Source: a virus (lineage: Duplodnaviria; Caudoviricetes). From it: DNA of 53,272 nt. The DNA lies in IMG/VR virus record IMGVR_UViG_3300048837_000676, positions 1-53,272 of that record; one strand, 5' to 3'. Numbering within the stretch: the first letter of the stretch is position 1; every line of letters starts with the position of its first letter. The notes beneath the pieces are model-generated. The model was not told the DNA's origin. It was given only the letters and a program-made list of their open reading frames with translations, and did no database searches. Shown here in pieces: positions 1-10,068 of this stretch. A program made the translations under genes and the position numbers.

Positions 1-3000
1 TCGGTGGAGACCGTTTTCTGCTGTTCGGCATCCAAGCTAGCAAACCAGTCGCTGCTGGCTGGCGCAGTGGCAAAGCCCTTCGCCCATGCCGCCACGGCTT
101 CGCGAGTCTTCGTCAGGGTGGGGGGGAGCTTCTGCCCTGTCCGCTTGGCGAACTCGGCCCGCCATGCCTTGTTGTCGGGGTAAAGCATTTCCGTCATCGC
201 ATCCACGTCACCAGCCTCGTAGGCTTTGTCGAACATGTCGCGGCTCTTCTGCGGCAACCCGTCGAAAGTAGGCGTGGCTTTGGCAGTCGGAACCGGTTTT
301 TTAGCCACATCTGGGGCGGACGGGCCGTACCGCTCGATGTACTTGTCAATCCCTTCGCTTGTCGGGACAACCTTCCATCCCTTGCCCCCATGTACTTTGA
401 CGACCTGCATCAACGAACCGTTCTTGCTGTCCTTCACGGCTTTGTCCGCATCTCGCCGCAGGGAGAACCTCGCATTGCCCTGCATCAAGGTGTCGCCGAA
501 TTTCAGCCGCCATGCGTTCCGTTCTTCCGGAGTCATCGCCAATAGTACCGTGGCTTGGTCGAGGCGTTCTTTGGCCTTCTGCTCGGCGGCGGACTTCTCG
601 ATAGCTCTCCTTTCGGCAATCTGCTTCTGGTATTTCTGTGAAGCGTTCTTCGCTTGGTCAACCACGCGCTGAATGTCTTCCGGCCAGATACTGGCGTTGG
701 CGATTCGCTGAAGCCAATCCGCAGCGGCAAAGTCTTCGAGCGGTAGTCTCTTGACTGTCTCTCTCGCCTGCTCTTTTAGCACGACGGAGCGGACAGTAGC
801 CAGTAAAATTTCGACAGCATTGTCTCTGCTCATGCCGGTGTAAGACTTGGACTCCTGCTGCATGGCGGCGATTTCCGCCTCGGTCGCGCCAAGCTCTTTG
901 CCCCGCCTGTCGATTTCGGCGTCAACCAGCTCTTGCGTTTGTGCCCAGGTCAGTTCGCCAAGTCTTTCTCTGGCTTTGGCCGCAACAATGGGGTTCCCGT
1001 CTTCAATGTCGTCTTCCGCCCAGGCTTGCCGCATCGTCTTGGCAAGCTCTTTCGTCTTGGCGTAAATCGCATACGATTCCTCGGATAGCTTTCGTGCCTT
1101 GCGCTCCGCTTGTTCCTGCGCTTTCGTACCTTGCTGTTTCTTGTCTGCGGCGTCATCGGCTTCTCGCGCTGCGACCGCTGCGGTGTCGCGAGCGATTTCC
1201 GCATCCCTCCATTCGGCATCCATCTTTTCACGTTCCGGAGTCCCCTTGCGAGGAGTCTTCCGATCAATGGTCTGCTGCTTCTTGACAGGTTCTGCTTTTG
1301 GCGAACTCGACTCTTTGGCTCTGGCGGGCGGAGGGACCAACGGTTTTTCGCCTCGGGGAACAATCCTCGAAGCCTGTATTACCTGGTGTTCTGCTTCCCC
1401 TAGCCTGCGCATCAACCGTTCGCGCCATCCCAGCACGGCATTGGCCATTCTCTCGATCTCGGCAATTCGGTCCTGCGCATCGGCAACCGCTTCTGCCGCT
1501 TGTTTTCGCTGGGGACTGTCAAAGCCATGCTTGTACTCGGCATCTTCCTCTTGCAACACCAGCTTGTCAACAGTGCTCCTTTGGTCGTCCAGTAGATTGG
1601 CAAGCCGAAGAATTTGCGGGACAAGCGACTTCGGGAGGCTGTCCAAATTCTCTACATCATTCCGCGAATGCCAAATATCCTTGGCGATTTCCCCCACCGC
1701 GCCCTGCGGCTCGCTCTCGAATGTTTCGCCGCGCTCAATCTCGCCTTCAAGCTGGTCGATCCGCTTGCGGATTGACTGCATCACGCGAGTCCAGCTTGTG
1801 CGGGTCGTCGCAGCTTTGATTTCCTGCTCCAGCCGCTGGAACGGGTCGCGCATCTCAGGCACATCCCTGGGTGCGGATTCAACTGCCGCCTCGCCTGGTT
1901 CGGGAGTCGTCCAAGGGGCTTGGTTGGCTGCGCCAGGTGCAAGTTTCGCGGCAGGATCGAGATCGGGGTACTCGGCAAGGACTTCGGCAGGGACCAAGTA
2001 GCCCTTTTGAATGGCATCGCGGACCACATCGCGATGCTGCTTGGCCGTTTGCACATAGACGAGACCCTTGTGGTCGGGATGCTCCGCCTCGCGGACCACG
2101 CCAGCATTCACCAAGTCACTGTTCTCCCGCAACCAGTTTCGGACAGTCAGGTTGTGGTTATCCATCGCGGCGGGCATGTCGGCTACGCGCCTATTGCGGG
2201 TGTCCTGCGCCTCCCCCATTGCCTTTTCGAGCTTGGCGAGTTCGTCCTGCGCTTTCTTGATGGCCTCGACGGAATTTGCCTTGGAAAGCTGGTCCCGGGC
2301 CTTGCCCATTCGCTGACGGATGCTTGCGATGGTTTCATCTACGGCAGAAGTCCCGCCGCTGAACGCCAGTCCCGGCATGGATTCGAGCCGCTTTGCCAGC
2401 CAGTCGCTGTATTGGCCTTGAGTCATGGCCCATAGGCGCGGCGTTTCCGGCTTGCCGTTCGTCGGCGTTGTCGCCGCCAACCCGGATTCCTTCGCCCCTT
2501 CCGGCTCCTGCCCTAATTTCGCATCGTCGCCAGATTTCGCTCGGTACACATCGTCCCAAGGGGGAAGCATGTCGAGAACCGCCTGCGCCTTGGCCCGGTA
2601 ATCTTCCTCGCTGAAATAGGTGCCGATGGCTGGCCGGTCAATGCCGGCTCTCTCGGCATGGGTGAAAATGCTTTGCATCGCGCTCTCGAACTTGCGTTTG
2701 CGCTTGTCCGAAAAACGCCCCGTATCCGGGTCGCCGAGAATATCCTGCACGGCCATGTGGAGCCGATACGCAGACTCGATCCCCCTTTTGGTTTTCGGCA
2801 TGGCAACGCGGCCGCTGCGGCCAGAATCTTCAGCCGTTTCCTCCGGTAGCCGTCTATATTTCTCCGCCTCCGCCCAGTCGAGAAGCCAGCCTTTTGTCTT
2901 GCTCCACGTTGGGGGCAGCTTCTTCTTCGTAACCCGCTCGAAATAGGCGCGAGCCTCCTTGTTGTCGGGCTTGAGCATCGTGCCCAACGCCTTAGCGTCG

Positions 3001-6000
3001 AGTGCCTGAATAGCCTGGGCAACTGTGACAGGCGCGACCCCGGCAAGCGTGGCAGGCGCGGCGCTAGCTGGCTTCGCTGGGATGCTGGCGGGTGCCTGAC
3101 CAGAGCTTTGCATCCCTAACTCGTCGAGTACCTTTCGCGCCTCGTCCCGGCTTACATCCTCCATGTCGGCGGGAGCACCCGGCATGTCCTGGGCGCCTGC
3201 CCACCATGCCCGCATGTAGGGCTTCGCTTTTTCGCCAAAGGCGTCGAACACATCTCGGGCAAAATCCGCGAATCGCCGGATTCCACTCTCCACGTACAGC
3301 CCCGTCAACTCGATCCCGTCCGCCATCAGCGTCGGGTCCGGCATCACCGAGTTCAGCGCGTTCAGCTTCCCGCGAATCCGCGCCTTCAGTTCTTCCGCCC
3401 GCGCCTGCTTCTCCGCCGATAGGTTGGCCAGCGTCCCGGCCTGTTCGACCTTGGGCTTGCCTTCGACGGCCTGAGATTTCGCTGGTTCCGTCTTGGAATC
3501 GGCGGTTTTTGTGTGCTTGGTTCTATCGTTGACCACAGCCCCACGGCTAGGCTCGGTGGAAAATGCCCATGCTCGAAATTCATCCACCGTCATGGGGGTG
3601 ATCGACTGCGCCCCTTTCCACCCCTTTTCGTAATTTGCCAGGTACGCCGACTCCGCAGCCTTGACGCTGCCCCATCCGAACATCGCCTTGTGCTCGTCGA
3701 ACGTTCCGGTCGCCGGATCGATCTGGTTCACCACATGGACCGCATCCCCTTCCGGCTTTGCCGGATTCACGAACACGTCGATATGGTCTTTGTCCTTGCC
3801 CACCGTACCGCGAATGTAGCCATAGTGATGCTTCATCACAGTACGCCAGCGGCGCCCGTCTCTGCTCCGCCCGCTCCGGACGCTTCCGGCTGGATTTTCA
3901 ACGGAGATGTCCATTCCGTGGACTTCGGCATGCCCCATCTCGTAGTTGCCGGCCTTCTTCTGCGCTTCGGTCGGTTCCGGCTTGTCGTTGGCCGGGGAAG
4001 TTGCCGCTTCATTGGCCATTTGGGCCACTTCGGAAGCCTTACGCTTCACCCGGTCCTTGCGGTTCTTCGCCTTGCGGGCCAGCACGGCGACGATTTCCCG
4101 GACCTTGCCCGCGTCGCCCGTCCCGAGGGCCTGCTCCAGTTGCCGGTACGCCCCCGCGTTCCGGTCGGCGAACTCCTGCGGCAACCCGTCGGTCGCCGTC
4201 TTGAGACGGTCAAGCTCGCGGTCGATGTTCGCCTGCACAGCCGCCGCTTGCTCGGGCTGTATGGCTGGCGCAACAGTTAAAGAATCCTGAACAGTTGCTA
4301 CGCCAACAACCGGCGCGGAGTCCGCAGCAGTTGCCGCCTGCTCCCGCTGCTGTTGCTCACGCACTCGCGCCGCCTCGGCGTCCCGCATAGCCCGCCCGGC
4401 CCGCGCCTCCGCCTGCCGCTCGGCAAGTTCCAGCCGTTCCTGCTCGCCCCGTTGCTCCGCCTCGAACTCGGCCCGAAGCTCGTCCTGCGTGGGCTCGCCG
4501 GGAAAGGGCTGGCTGTAGTCCGGATCTTCCTGCTGCTGGAGAAGATCGACCGCCATGCCGGATTCCAGCGGGGAACGCGCCTGCGCGGCCGCCCCTTGCA
4601 CTTCGGCGGGTGCATCCGCACCATCAAAGGGGGTGCCGTCCTGCGCCGCCTGCGGGGCTCCAGCGGGCTCCTGCTGCCCATCCTGCGCACTTCCTTCCCC
4701 CTCCGCCTGCCGCGCCTGCTCCCGCGCCTGCTCCGCCTGTTCGATGGCCGCGTCGATCTCGGCTTCCGGAACGTCCATTTTTCGCATGACATGCCGGGTC
4801 ACTTCCTTCTGGTCCTTGTCGGGGATCAGCTCCTCGACAGCCTTGGCCAGAGCTTCCGGCAAGTCTTCGTCGGCAATCTTGCTGTGGTCCACGCCGAGCG
4901 CCGTCAGCCCGTCGCGCAGCTTTCGCCGCTCGCGAACCAGATGCGGCAGGCTGGCTCCCCACTGCCCGCCGCGCATCAGGATCATGCCGGCCGCCATGTC
5001 CGGAACGGATTTGATGAATTCCGCCGTCGTTTCGGAAAGCCGACCACCGAGCCCCAGCCCGCTGTCCCGGAACTCGTATTCCAAGTCGAAGATCGCATTC
5101 ACTGCCGCCTCAAGACCTTCCTCCACCACGATTTCATCGAAGAGGTTGCCGAACCCGGTCGCATTGTTGAGAGCCCGCATGGACGGACGCAATCCGACGG
5201 GGACAGCCCCCTTCGCGGACTCGGCAATCCGTTTCACGGCTTCGGGCGCAAGCCGGTTGAATCCCGCCGCCCCGGCCCGGCGAATGACCTCGCCCACCTT
5301 GTCCCCGATCAACTTCTCGATGTAGTAGGTGGCAGTCGCGCCGAACAGCGCCTTTGCCGCCGCCTCGGCCCGCCCGACCGGCTCACGGACGGTCTCCAGG
5401 CTTTTGCCGTCCTCGCCGAGCAGCACACGCGGTGCCCTGGCGGACGCATAGCGCATCCCGGCCTCCATCGGGAGAAACGCGCCCTTGCCCAGGGCGATCT
5501 GTCCCATGTAGCCCACCATCCCGGTTGCCCCGCGAACCATGCGGTCCGCCGTCCCAAGCCCGTAGCCTTCCGTCCATCCGGGGTTTCGCTCCTCGGCTTC
5601 GCGCTCGAAGCTCTGGCTGGTGCGGAGATGCTTTCGGCTTTCCCGGTACAGCAAGCGGCGCAGGGCCTCCTTGTCGCCTTTGTTCCGCCAGATGTCCTCC
5701 CACACTCGGGAATCGTTGGTGAAATGCTGCAACGACATGTGGAGTCCGGCCAGACTCATGTCCTCGGTGGACTCCCACCCGTTTTCGTCGGCTCCGTATT
5801 TCGACGCGGCCGCATCCTTCCACATCTTCGCCCATCGGGCGGAGGGGCTTGCCAGCGTCCAGGCGCTGTAGACCGGCGCATTCTTCACGCCAGCCGTTTC
5901 GCTGTATCGGGTGGCGTATTCCCCGAACCACATCGGCGAACGTTTTGCCTCCGGTGCTACGGCGGTAGGCTGATTTCCGAGAATCTCGGCGGCGAGAGAA

Positions 6001-6101
6001 GCCGCGACGGCACGGGAATTCCCCGGCGCATGGCGGGCGTCGTGCTCGGCGGGGATGGCGGGGGGAACGGTTCCGGCGGATTCGGGCATGGGAATCGGCA
6101 T
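1..6101 (-). CDS. Giant large polyvalent protein (virion-injected, DarA/DarB-like), N-terminal part; runs off the left edge and continues in-frame at 53272
   Basis: ATG at 6101 after a GAGG RBS (MPIPMPESAG...). The ORF track lists no closed minus-strand ORF in this frame between 1 and 6101, and manual translation found no stop. It contains a polyvalent-protein inorganic-pyrophosphatase-like domain (~3560-3975: AGNYEMGH..ISVENPAGS.R.G..W...MKHHYGYIRGT.GKDKDHIDVF...FDEHKAMFG). Confidence 0.85.
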   Translation of the reverse strand, partial: MPIPMPESAGTVPPAIPAEHDARHAPGNSRAVAASLAAEILGNQPTAVAPEAKRSPMWFGEYATRYSETAGVKNAPVYSAWTLASPSARWAKMWKDAAASKYGADENGWESTEDMSLAGLHMSLQHFTNDSRVWEDIWRNKGDKEALRRLLYRESRKHLRTSQSFEREAEERNPGWTEGYGLGTADRMVRGATGMVGYMGQIALGKGAFLPMEAGMRYASARAPRVLLGEDGKSLETVREPVGRAEAAAKALFGATATYYIEKLIGDKVGEVIRRAGAAGFNRLAPEAVKRIAESAKGAVPVGLRPSMRALNNATGFGNLFDEIVVEEGLEAAVNAIFDLEYEFRDSGLGLGGRLSETTAEFIKSVPDMAAGMILMRGGQWGASLPHLVRERRKLRDGLTALGVDHSKIADEDLPEALAKAVEELIPDKDQKEVTRHVMRKMDVPEAEIDAAIEQAEQAREQARQAEGEGSAQDGQQEPAGAPQAAQDGTPFDGADAPAEVQGAAAQARSPLESGMAVDLLQQQEDPDYSQPFPGEPTQDELRAEFEAEQRGEQERLELAERQAEARAGRAMRDAEAARVREQQQREQAATAADSAPVVGVATVQDSLTVAPAIQPEQAAAVQANIDRELDRLKTATDGLPQEFADRNAGAYRQLEQALGTGDAGKVREIVAVLARKAKNRKDRVKRKASEVAQMANEAATSPANDKPEPTEAQKKAGNYEMGHAEVHGMDISVENPAGSVRSGRSRDGRRWRTVMKHHYGYIRGTVGKDKDHIDVFVNPAKPEGDAVHVVNQIDPATGTFDEHKAMFGWGSVKAAESAYLANYEKGWKGAQSITPMTVDEFRAWAFSTEPSRGAVVNDRTKHTKTADSKTEPAKSQAVEGKPKVEQAGTLANLSAEKQARAEELKARIRGKLNALNSVMPDPTLMADGIELTGLYVESGIRRFADFARDVFDAFGEKAKPYMRAWWAGAQDMPGAPADMEDVSRDEARKVLDELGMQSSGQAPASIPAKPASAAPATLAGVAPVTVAQAIQALDAKALGTMLKPDNKEARAYFERVTKKKLPPTWSKTKGWLLDWAEAEKYRRLPEETAEDSGRSGRVAMPKTKRGIESAYRLHMAVQDILGDPDTGRFSDKRKRKFESAMQSIFTHAERAGIDRPAIGTYFSEEDYRAKAQAVLDMLPPWDDVYRAKSGDDAKLGQEPEGAKESGLAATTPTNGKPETPRLWAMTQGQYSDWLAKRLESMPGLAFSGGTSAVDETIASIRQRMGKARDQLSKANSVEAIKKAQDELAKLEKAMGEAQDTRNRRVADMPAAMDNHNLTVRNWLRENSDLVNAGVVREAEHPDHKGLVYVQTAKQHRDVVRDAIQKGYLVPAEVLAEYPDLDPAAKLAPGAANQAPWTTPEPGEAAVESAPRDVPEMRDPFQRLEQEIKAATTRTSWTRVMQSIRKRIDQLEGEIERGETFESEPQGAVGEIAKDIWHSRNDVENLDSLPKSLVPQILRLANLLDDQRSTVDKLVLQEEDAEYKHGFDSPQRKQAAEAVADAQDRIAEIERMANAVLGWRERLMRRLGEAEHQVIQASRIVPRGEKPLVPPPARAKESSSPKAEPVKKQQTIDRKTPRKGTPEREKMDAEWRDAEIARDTAAVAAREADDAADKKQQGTKAQEQAERKARKLSEESYAIYAKTKELAKTMRQAWAEDDIEDGNPIVAAKARERLGELTWAQTQELVDAEIDRRGKELGATEAEIAAMQQESKSYTGMSRDNAVEILLATVRSVVLKEQARETVKRLPLEDFAAADWLQRIANASIWPEDIQRVVDQAKNASQKYQKQIAERRAIEKSAAEQKAKERLDQATVLLAMTPEERNAWRLKFGDTLMQGNARFSLRRDADKAVKDSKNGSLMQVVKVHGGKGWKVVPTSEGIDKYIERYGPSAPDVAKKPVPTAKATPTFDGLPQKSRDMFDKAYEAGDVDAMTEMLYPDNKAWRAEFAKRTGQKLPPTLTKTREAVAAWAKGFATAPASSDWFASLDAEQQKTVST

Positions 6102-6130
6102 ATCGGCACCTCGAACAAGGGTGAGGAATT

Positions 6131-7945
6131 CTAGCGGAAAGACTCTTGCATCGGCAAACGGAAACGCTGCGGCTGAGGTTCGGCGCGGGATGCGAATCTG
6201 CGTTTCAGTTCCTCCATGATTTTTTCGGCGTTCCCGTCGTCGGATTCGAGACGCTCGGCTATCCGCCCTTTTTCCTTGTCGGTCAGGCGCGGCCAAAACT
6301 CCTTGAACAAAACGGCAGCATCCGCGACGAATTCATCTCTCGTCTTTCCCGTTTTCTTCACCTTTCCGCCCGCTTGCGTCTTCCCGCCCGCTTGCCGTTC
6401 CAGTTCCTCGATCAGTTCGTCAATGGTCGTCTCGCCTTTGGCCAGCGCATCGGCCACCTTCTGCCGCTGGGCGGCGGTCATGTTCGGCCAGTACGGCTTG
6501 AGGTCGGCATCGGGCGGCTGCATGTCGGCAGTCTCCACCGCCTGCTCCTTGCCAAGCGGGCTCTTGCCGCCCGCGTCTTTCGTCCCGCCCTGCGCCTTGC
6601 GGATGACGGTCTGGACCTGCCCGAGCCGTTTTTCGTATTCAGACACCACGCCTTGCAGGCGCTTGGCCTCAGCGGCGAGGTCTTTGTCTACCCGACCGAA
6701 CCAGCCCTTGCTTTCCTCCACGGCACGTTCCGCCGACGCAAGGTCGGCCTTGGCGCTGTCCAGCAGCGCGGCCAGCGTGTGGCCCGTCGCCGCATAGGCG
6801 GCATCGGCATCGGGCAGGCCGCGCTCCAGGAAGTAGTTCACGCTGTCGGCGTAGAGCGTCCCGGCGGTGGTCATGCCGCCGTCCTCGCCGACCAGTTCGC
6901 CGACCTTGAACCCGCCTGGCGTCCGGGCCGTCATGCCCAGGTACGCGCCAACCTGATCCTTTGTCATGTTGCCGGTGGTCCCCGCCCGCGCCGCGCCACG
7001 ACTGCCGCCTTCCGTTTGCAGAGCCTCCCCGCCGCTCTGGAATTTTCGGGGATCGACCGGTTGGCCGGACGCTTCCGCCGCCTGCATCATCGCCTGCCAG
7101 CGGGGAAGGCGCGGGTTCTCGCGCTGCACGTCGGCCAGCGCGGCCCTGAAGAACGGATCGGCGGCAAATTCGCCAACCGCTTCCTCGACCTGCCGCAGCA
7201 TCGTCGAGTCGCGCAGATAGTCGGCCTGCGTTTGCAGCCCTCTCGCCCGCGCCGATTCCTCGCGCTCGATCAAAGCCCGTTCCTCTTCGCGCCTGCGCCG
7301 CTCAAGCTCGTACCGCCGGTCCTCGCCGCGCACACCGCCGCCGAGAGGCGAACGGGGCTCGCCGGAAAAACCGCTGCCCAGCAGCCTTCGCCGTCCGGTG
7401 CCCTGCGCAACGAGCCTCCCACCCTGCAACGTTCGCCGCCCGGTTTCCGGGCTCGTTCCGGTTTCCCATTCCCGGTCTTGCCTGCGCCAGTCCCACGCTT
7501 CGTTCCGGCGTTCGGCATCGGTCGCGTCCCGCTCCATGTCGAACCGGCCACGCTCAAGACCAAATCGCCCTTGCTCCATGCGCAAGCCATGCGCCTGCTC
7601 GTCCATTCGGAGACCCTTCCGGGCCATTCGCTGGCTGAAGTTCTGCGCCCGGTTCTGCAAGGCGATCTGCGCCCACTGCCGAAGAGCGGCGTCGCGCTGG
7701 AGAGCATAGCTCGCGTTCTGTTCCTGCCCGACCGCATAGCCACGCTCACGCGCCGCCGATTCGCCCGCAATGGAGTCGCGGGCCATCGTTGCCCGCGTAC
7801 CCGCGAAACGCCCGCTGTTGGGATTGATGCCCATGCGGGAAAGCCCACGGGACATTTCGCCGCCCGCCCGGTCGTAGGAGGCCCGCACAGTTGCCCCGGC
7901 GCGGTTCGCATAGCTCTCGGGGCTGGGAAGTCTGAATCTGGTCAT
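6131..7945 (-). CDS. Internal virion / DNA ejection protein
   Basis: AAGGAG RBS before ATG 7945. Helical, charged protein with the MGINPNSGRF motif seen in podophage internal proteins, located just upstream of the giant injected protein. Confidence 0.6.
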   Translation of the reverse strand: MTRFRLPSPESYANRAGATVRASYDRAGGEMSRGLSRMGINPNSGRFAGTRATMARDSIAGESAARERGYAVGQEQNASYALQRDAALRQWAQIALQNRAQNFSQRMARKGLRMDEQAHGLRMEQGRFGLERGRFDMERDATDAERRNEAWDWRRQDREWETGTSPETGRRTLQGGRLVAQGTGRRRLLGSGFSGEPRSPLGGGVRGEDRRYELERRRREEERALIEREESARARGLQTQADYLRDSTMLRQVEEAVGEFAADPFFRAALADVQRENPRLPRWQAMMQAAEASGQPVDPRKFQSGGEALQTEGGSRGAARAGTTGNMTKDQVGAYLGMTARTPGGFKVGELVGEDGGMTTAGTLYADSVNYFLERGLPDADAAYAATGHTLAALLDSAKADLASAERAVEESKGWFGRVDKDLAAEAKRLQGVVSEYEKRLGQVQTVIRKAQGGTKDAGGKSPLGKEQAVETADMQPPDADLKPYWPNMTAAQRQKVADALAKGETTIDELIEELERQAGGKTQAGGKVKKTGKTRDEFVADAAVLFKEFWPRLTDKEKGRIAERLESDDGNAEKIMEELKRRFASRAEPQPQRFRLPMQESFR

Positions 7946-7947
7946 TG

Positions 7948-8223
7948 TCACATCTCCTTTTCTTCGACCTTCTGCACCAACCCCTGACACCTCGCGCACA
8001 CCCCAGGATTCACCGGCATCGCGGGAAAACCGCCCTTCCTGCACCACCACTGCCGTCTTTTATGGCACTTCCGGCAGGACGTGACGGCCCGGTCTCCGCA
8101 CGGCCCCGGCCTCACCGCCAGCCGAAAAATCCGTCGCCCGATCCGCCGGTAGCCAGCCAGGGTTTCCGGCCCGCTGTCGTCGGTGAACACAATGGTTCCA
8201 TCTGAATGTTCCCGCGCATTCAT
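7948..8223 (-). CDS. Small Cys-rich hypothetical protein
   Basis: ATGA overlap with the upstream gene; CxxC motifs (CRKC, CARC). Confidence 0.55.
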   Translation of the reverse strand: MNAREHSDGTIVFTDDSGPETLAGYRRIGRRIFRLAVRPGPCGDRAVTSCRKCHKRRQWWCRKGGFPAMPVNPGVCARCQGLVQKVEEKEM

Positions 8224-9200
8224 AGATAGACGAAATCCCAATCGCATAGATAGAAAAAGCTGGCGAGCTGAAATCCAAGGCTGACACCCACATAGCCGGA
8301 AGGAAGAGTCGAGCTTGGCCAGGACGACGGGGCACCTGAATACCCGGAATACGTTTCCGCCGGCGCGTAGTTATCGTTGCCAGCGTCCACATAGGCTCCT
8401 GCAACTTTGCAGTAGACACCAGCCGACAGACCGCTGACCCCGTGGCCGGACCAATCTCGTTGCTGGACTCCGAAGCCGCCAGCCGTATTGGTCGCCACCG
8501 CAGGCTTGGCCCATAGCGAGATGGTTCGTCCGTTCCTTGTGTCCACCGACGCACCGCTGGTGGGCTGAATCAAACATGGCATGCAGGCGTATGCTGACGC
8601 CCGGTTGTTGAGGTAATAGTAGACATGGGTATGCACTCCGTAGGTTGCGCCTCCGCCATTCGCAAAGTTGTCTTTGGCCGACTGAATGGCATCGTCCATA
8701 GTCTGATCTGGCACGTTGTCGTCCTGTCCGCCCTTCGCATACCCAAGGGCCAGGCCCATATACGTAGGCAAATTCGGCAGAGTTGACCGCGCGAATTTCA
8801 CCACTTCCACAAACAGCTCATCCTCGTCCGCCACTTCAACAGTCTTGCCAGACCCAACCACGCCAAAATAGTTGGCGCTCCTGGTTGTGACCGGAGTGGC
8901 AGTTCCCCCACCATTCCAGTCGCGGTCCAGAATCCAATATTGATTCGCGCAGAAATTGTTGGCGAACGCGCAAAGCTCCGCCAGCGTGTAGTACGGACCG
9001 GTGTACGGGTCGATCAACTCACCGCTGGGGCGGTTTGCCGCTTTCTGGCGTTCGTAGATAGCCTCCATCAGCGACACGTCATTGACCGGATCTTCCCCGC
9101 AGCAGCACTCCTGCGCAGCAGCAAGCCCGTTGAAGATCAGCCCTCCGCCCGCGTTGCGGTACAAATTCCCCGTCACCGGGTTGCGCAGCAGACCGCCCAT
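8220..9200 (-). CDS. Putative tail appendage / receptor-binding protein with N-terminal CCC motif
   Basis: Starts MGGLLRNP...AQECCCGED; Gly/Tyr/Thr-rich, beta-type C-terminus; lies in the tail region; coupled to its neighbours. Confidence 0.5.
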   Translation of the reverse strand: MGGLLRNPVTGNLYRNAGGGLIFNGLAAAQECCCGEDPVNDVSLMEAIYERQKAANRPSGELIDPYTGPYYTLAELCAFANNFCANQYWILDRDWNGGGTATPVTTRSANYFGVVGSGKTVEVADEDELFVEVVKFARSTLPNLPTYMGLALGYAKGGQDDNVPDQTMDDAIQSAKDNFANGGGATYGVHTHVYYYLNNRASAYACMPCLIQPTSGASVDTRNGRTISLWAKPAVATNTAGGFGVQQRDWSGHGVSGLSAGVYCKVAGAYVDAGNDNYAPAETYSGYSGAPSSWPSSTLPSGYVGVSLGFQLASFFYLCDWDFVYL

Positions 9201-9201
9201 G

Positions 9202-10068
9202 CTACACCCCCTCCGGACATTCGAAGTCTTCGGCACCGGCAAACGTCGTCCACCCGGATTCCGTGCCCGGATCGACAACCTTCACCGTCCGGGTCTTGTA
9301 TTGCAGCGCCCCCGTCGTTGCGTCCTGTCCCACCGCCGTCACCACAGTCACCGTCGTGAAGGAGGGCACACTCGGGATGCTGATGCCATTGATTGCCTCC
9401 CGCACTGCCTGCTCGCTCGGCACGTTGGCGTCCGAACCGGGACTCCCTACCGTCGTCACCACGTAAGGCACACTCGGAATCGCCGCCCGCACTGCCTGCT
9501 CGGTTGGAATCGCCGAGGCGCTGCCCGGCGCGCCCACCGCCGTCACCACATCCCACAGCCCCGGAGTCCCCGCCGCATGGCCGGCCAACTGATCGGCGTT
9601 CTCGTTGTACCCCCCCACATCGATCCCGTTCCATCGCACAAGTAGCGTTCCGGGGTCTTCACCTGCTTCCACCTTGATGAAAGCCCCGTCTCCAGTCAGC
9701 TTGTCGGCAAGATAGCCGGGGTTTTCGTCAGACGACGAGATGCCGACCCGCTCGTCGGTCGAAGCCCCGCCGCCTGCTGAACCACCGGAAGACCTAATTT
9801 CCAGCGTGTCGCCAGCCACGCGGACTTCCACTCCGTTGCGCCCGCGAACGCGCCGGAACCCCAATTTGTCGCGCACCAGGCCGGCGAACACATCCGCGCC
9901 GTCGCCGATGTTCACGCCGTCGGCACTTCCATCGATGGCTGTCGCCCCCGCGGATTCCAGATACCGGAGCACCTGCACAATCGCGTCCAGGATGCGGCGA
10001 ATCTCGAAATCGCGCACGGTGTTGGTCGAGGGGATGGAACGCACCCGTTCCGGCATGACTCTAGCCAT
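9202..10068 (-). CDS. Putative tail fibre protein
   Basis: GGAGG RBS before ATG 10068; PGYLADKL motif and an internal ~29-aa repeat (VVT.VG.PGS...P[TS]EQAVR.AI) typical of fibres. Confidence 0.55.
   Translation of the reverse strand: MARVMPERVRSIPSTNTVRDFEIRRILDAIVQVLRYLESAGATAIDGSADGVNIGDGADVFAGLVRDKLGFRRVRGRNGVEVRVAGDTLEIRSSGGSAGGGASTDERVGISSSDENPGYLADKLTGDGAFIKVEAGEDPGTLLVRWNGIDVGGYNENADQLAGHAAGTPGLWDVVTAVGAPGSASAIPTEQAVRAAIPSVPYVVTTVGSPGSDANVPSEQAVREAINGISIPSVPSFTTVTVVTAVGQDATTGALQYKTRTVKVVDPGTESGWTTFAGAEDFECPEGV

Noticed and set aside
4353-7987. Long plus-strand ORFs (593 aa, 613 aa; also 11078-12532, 14315-15916, 40855-42540)
   Set aside because: Antisense shadows of real minus-strand genes in GC-rich DNA; no motifs or RBS.
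8220-9200. Diversity-generating retroelement target (also considered for the LamG gene)
   Set aside because: I found no reverse transcriptase and no template/variable repeat pair.
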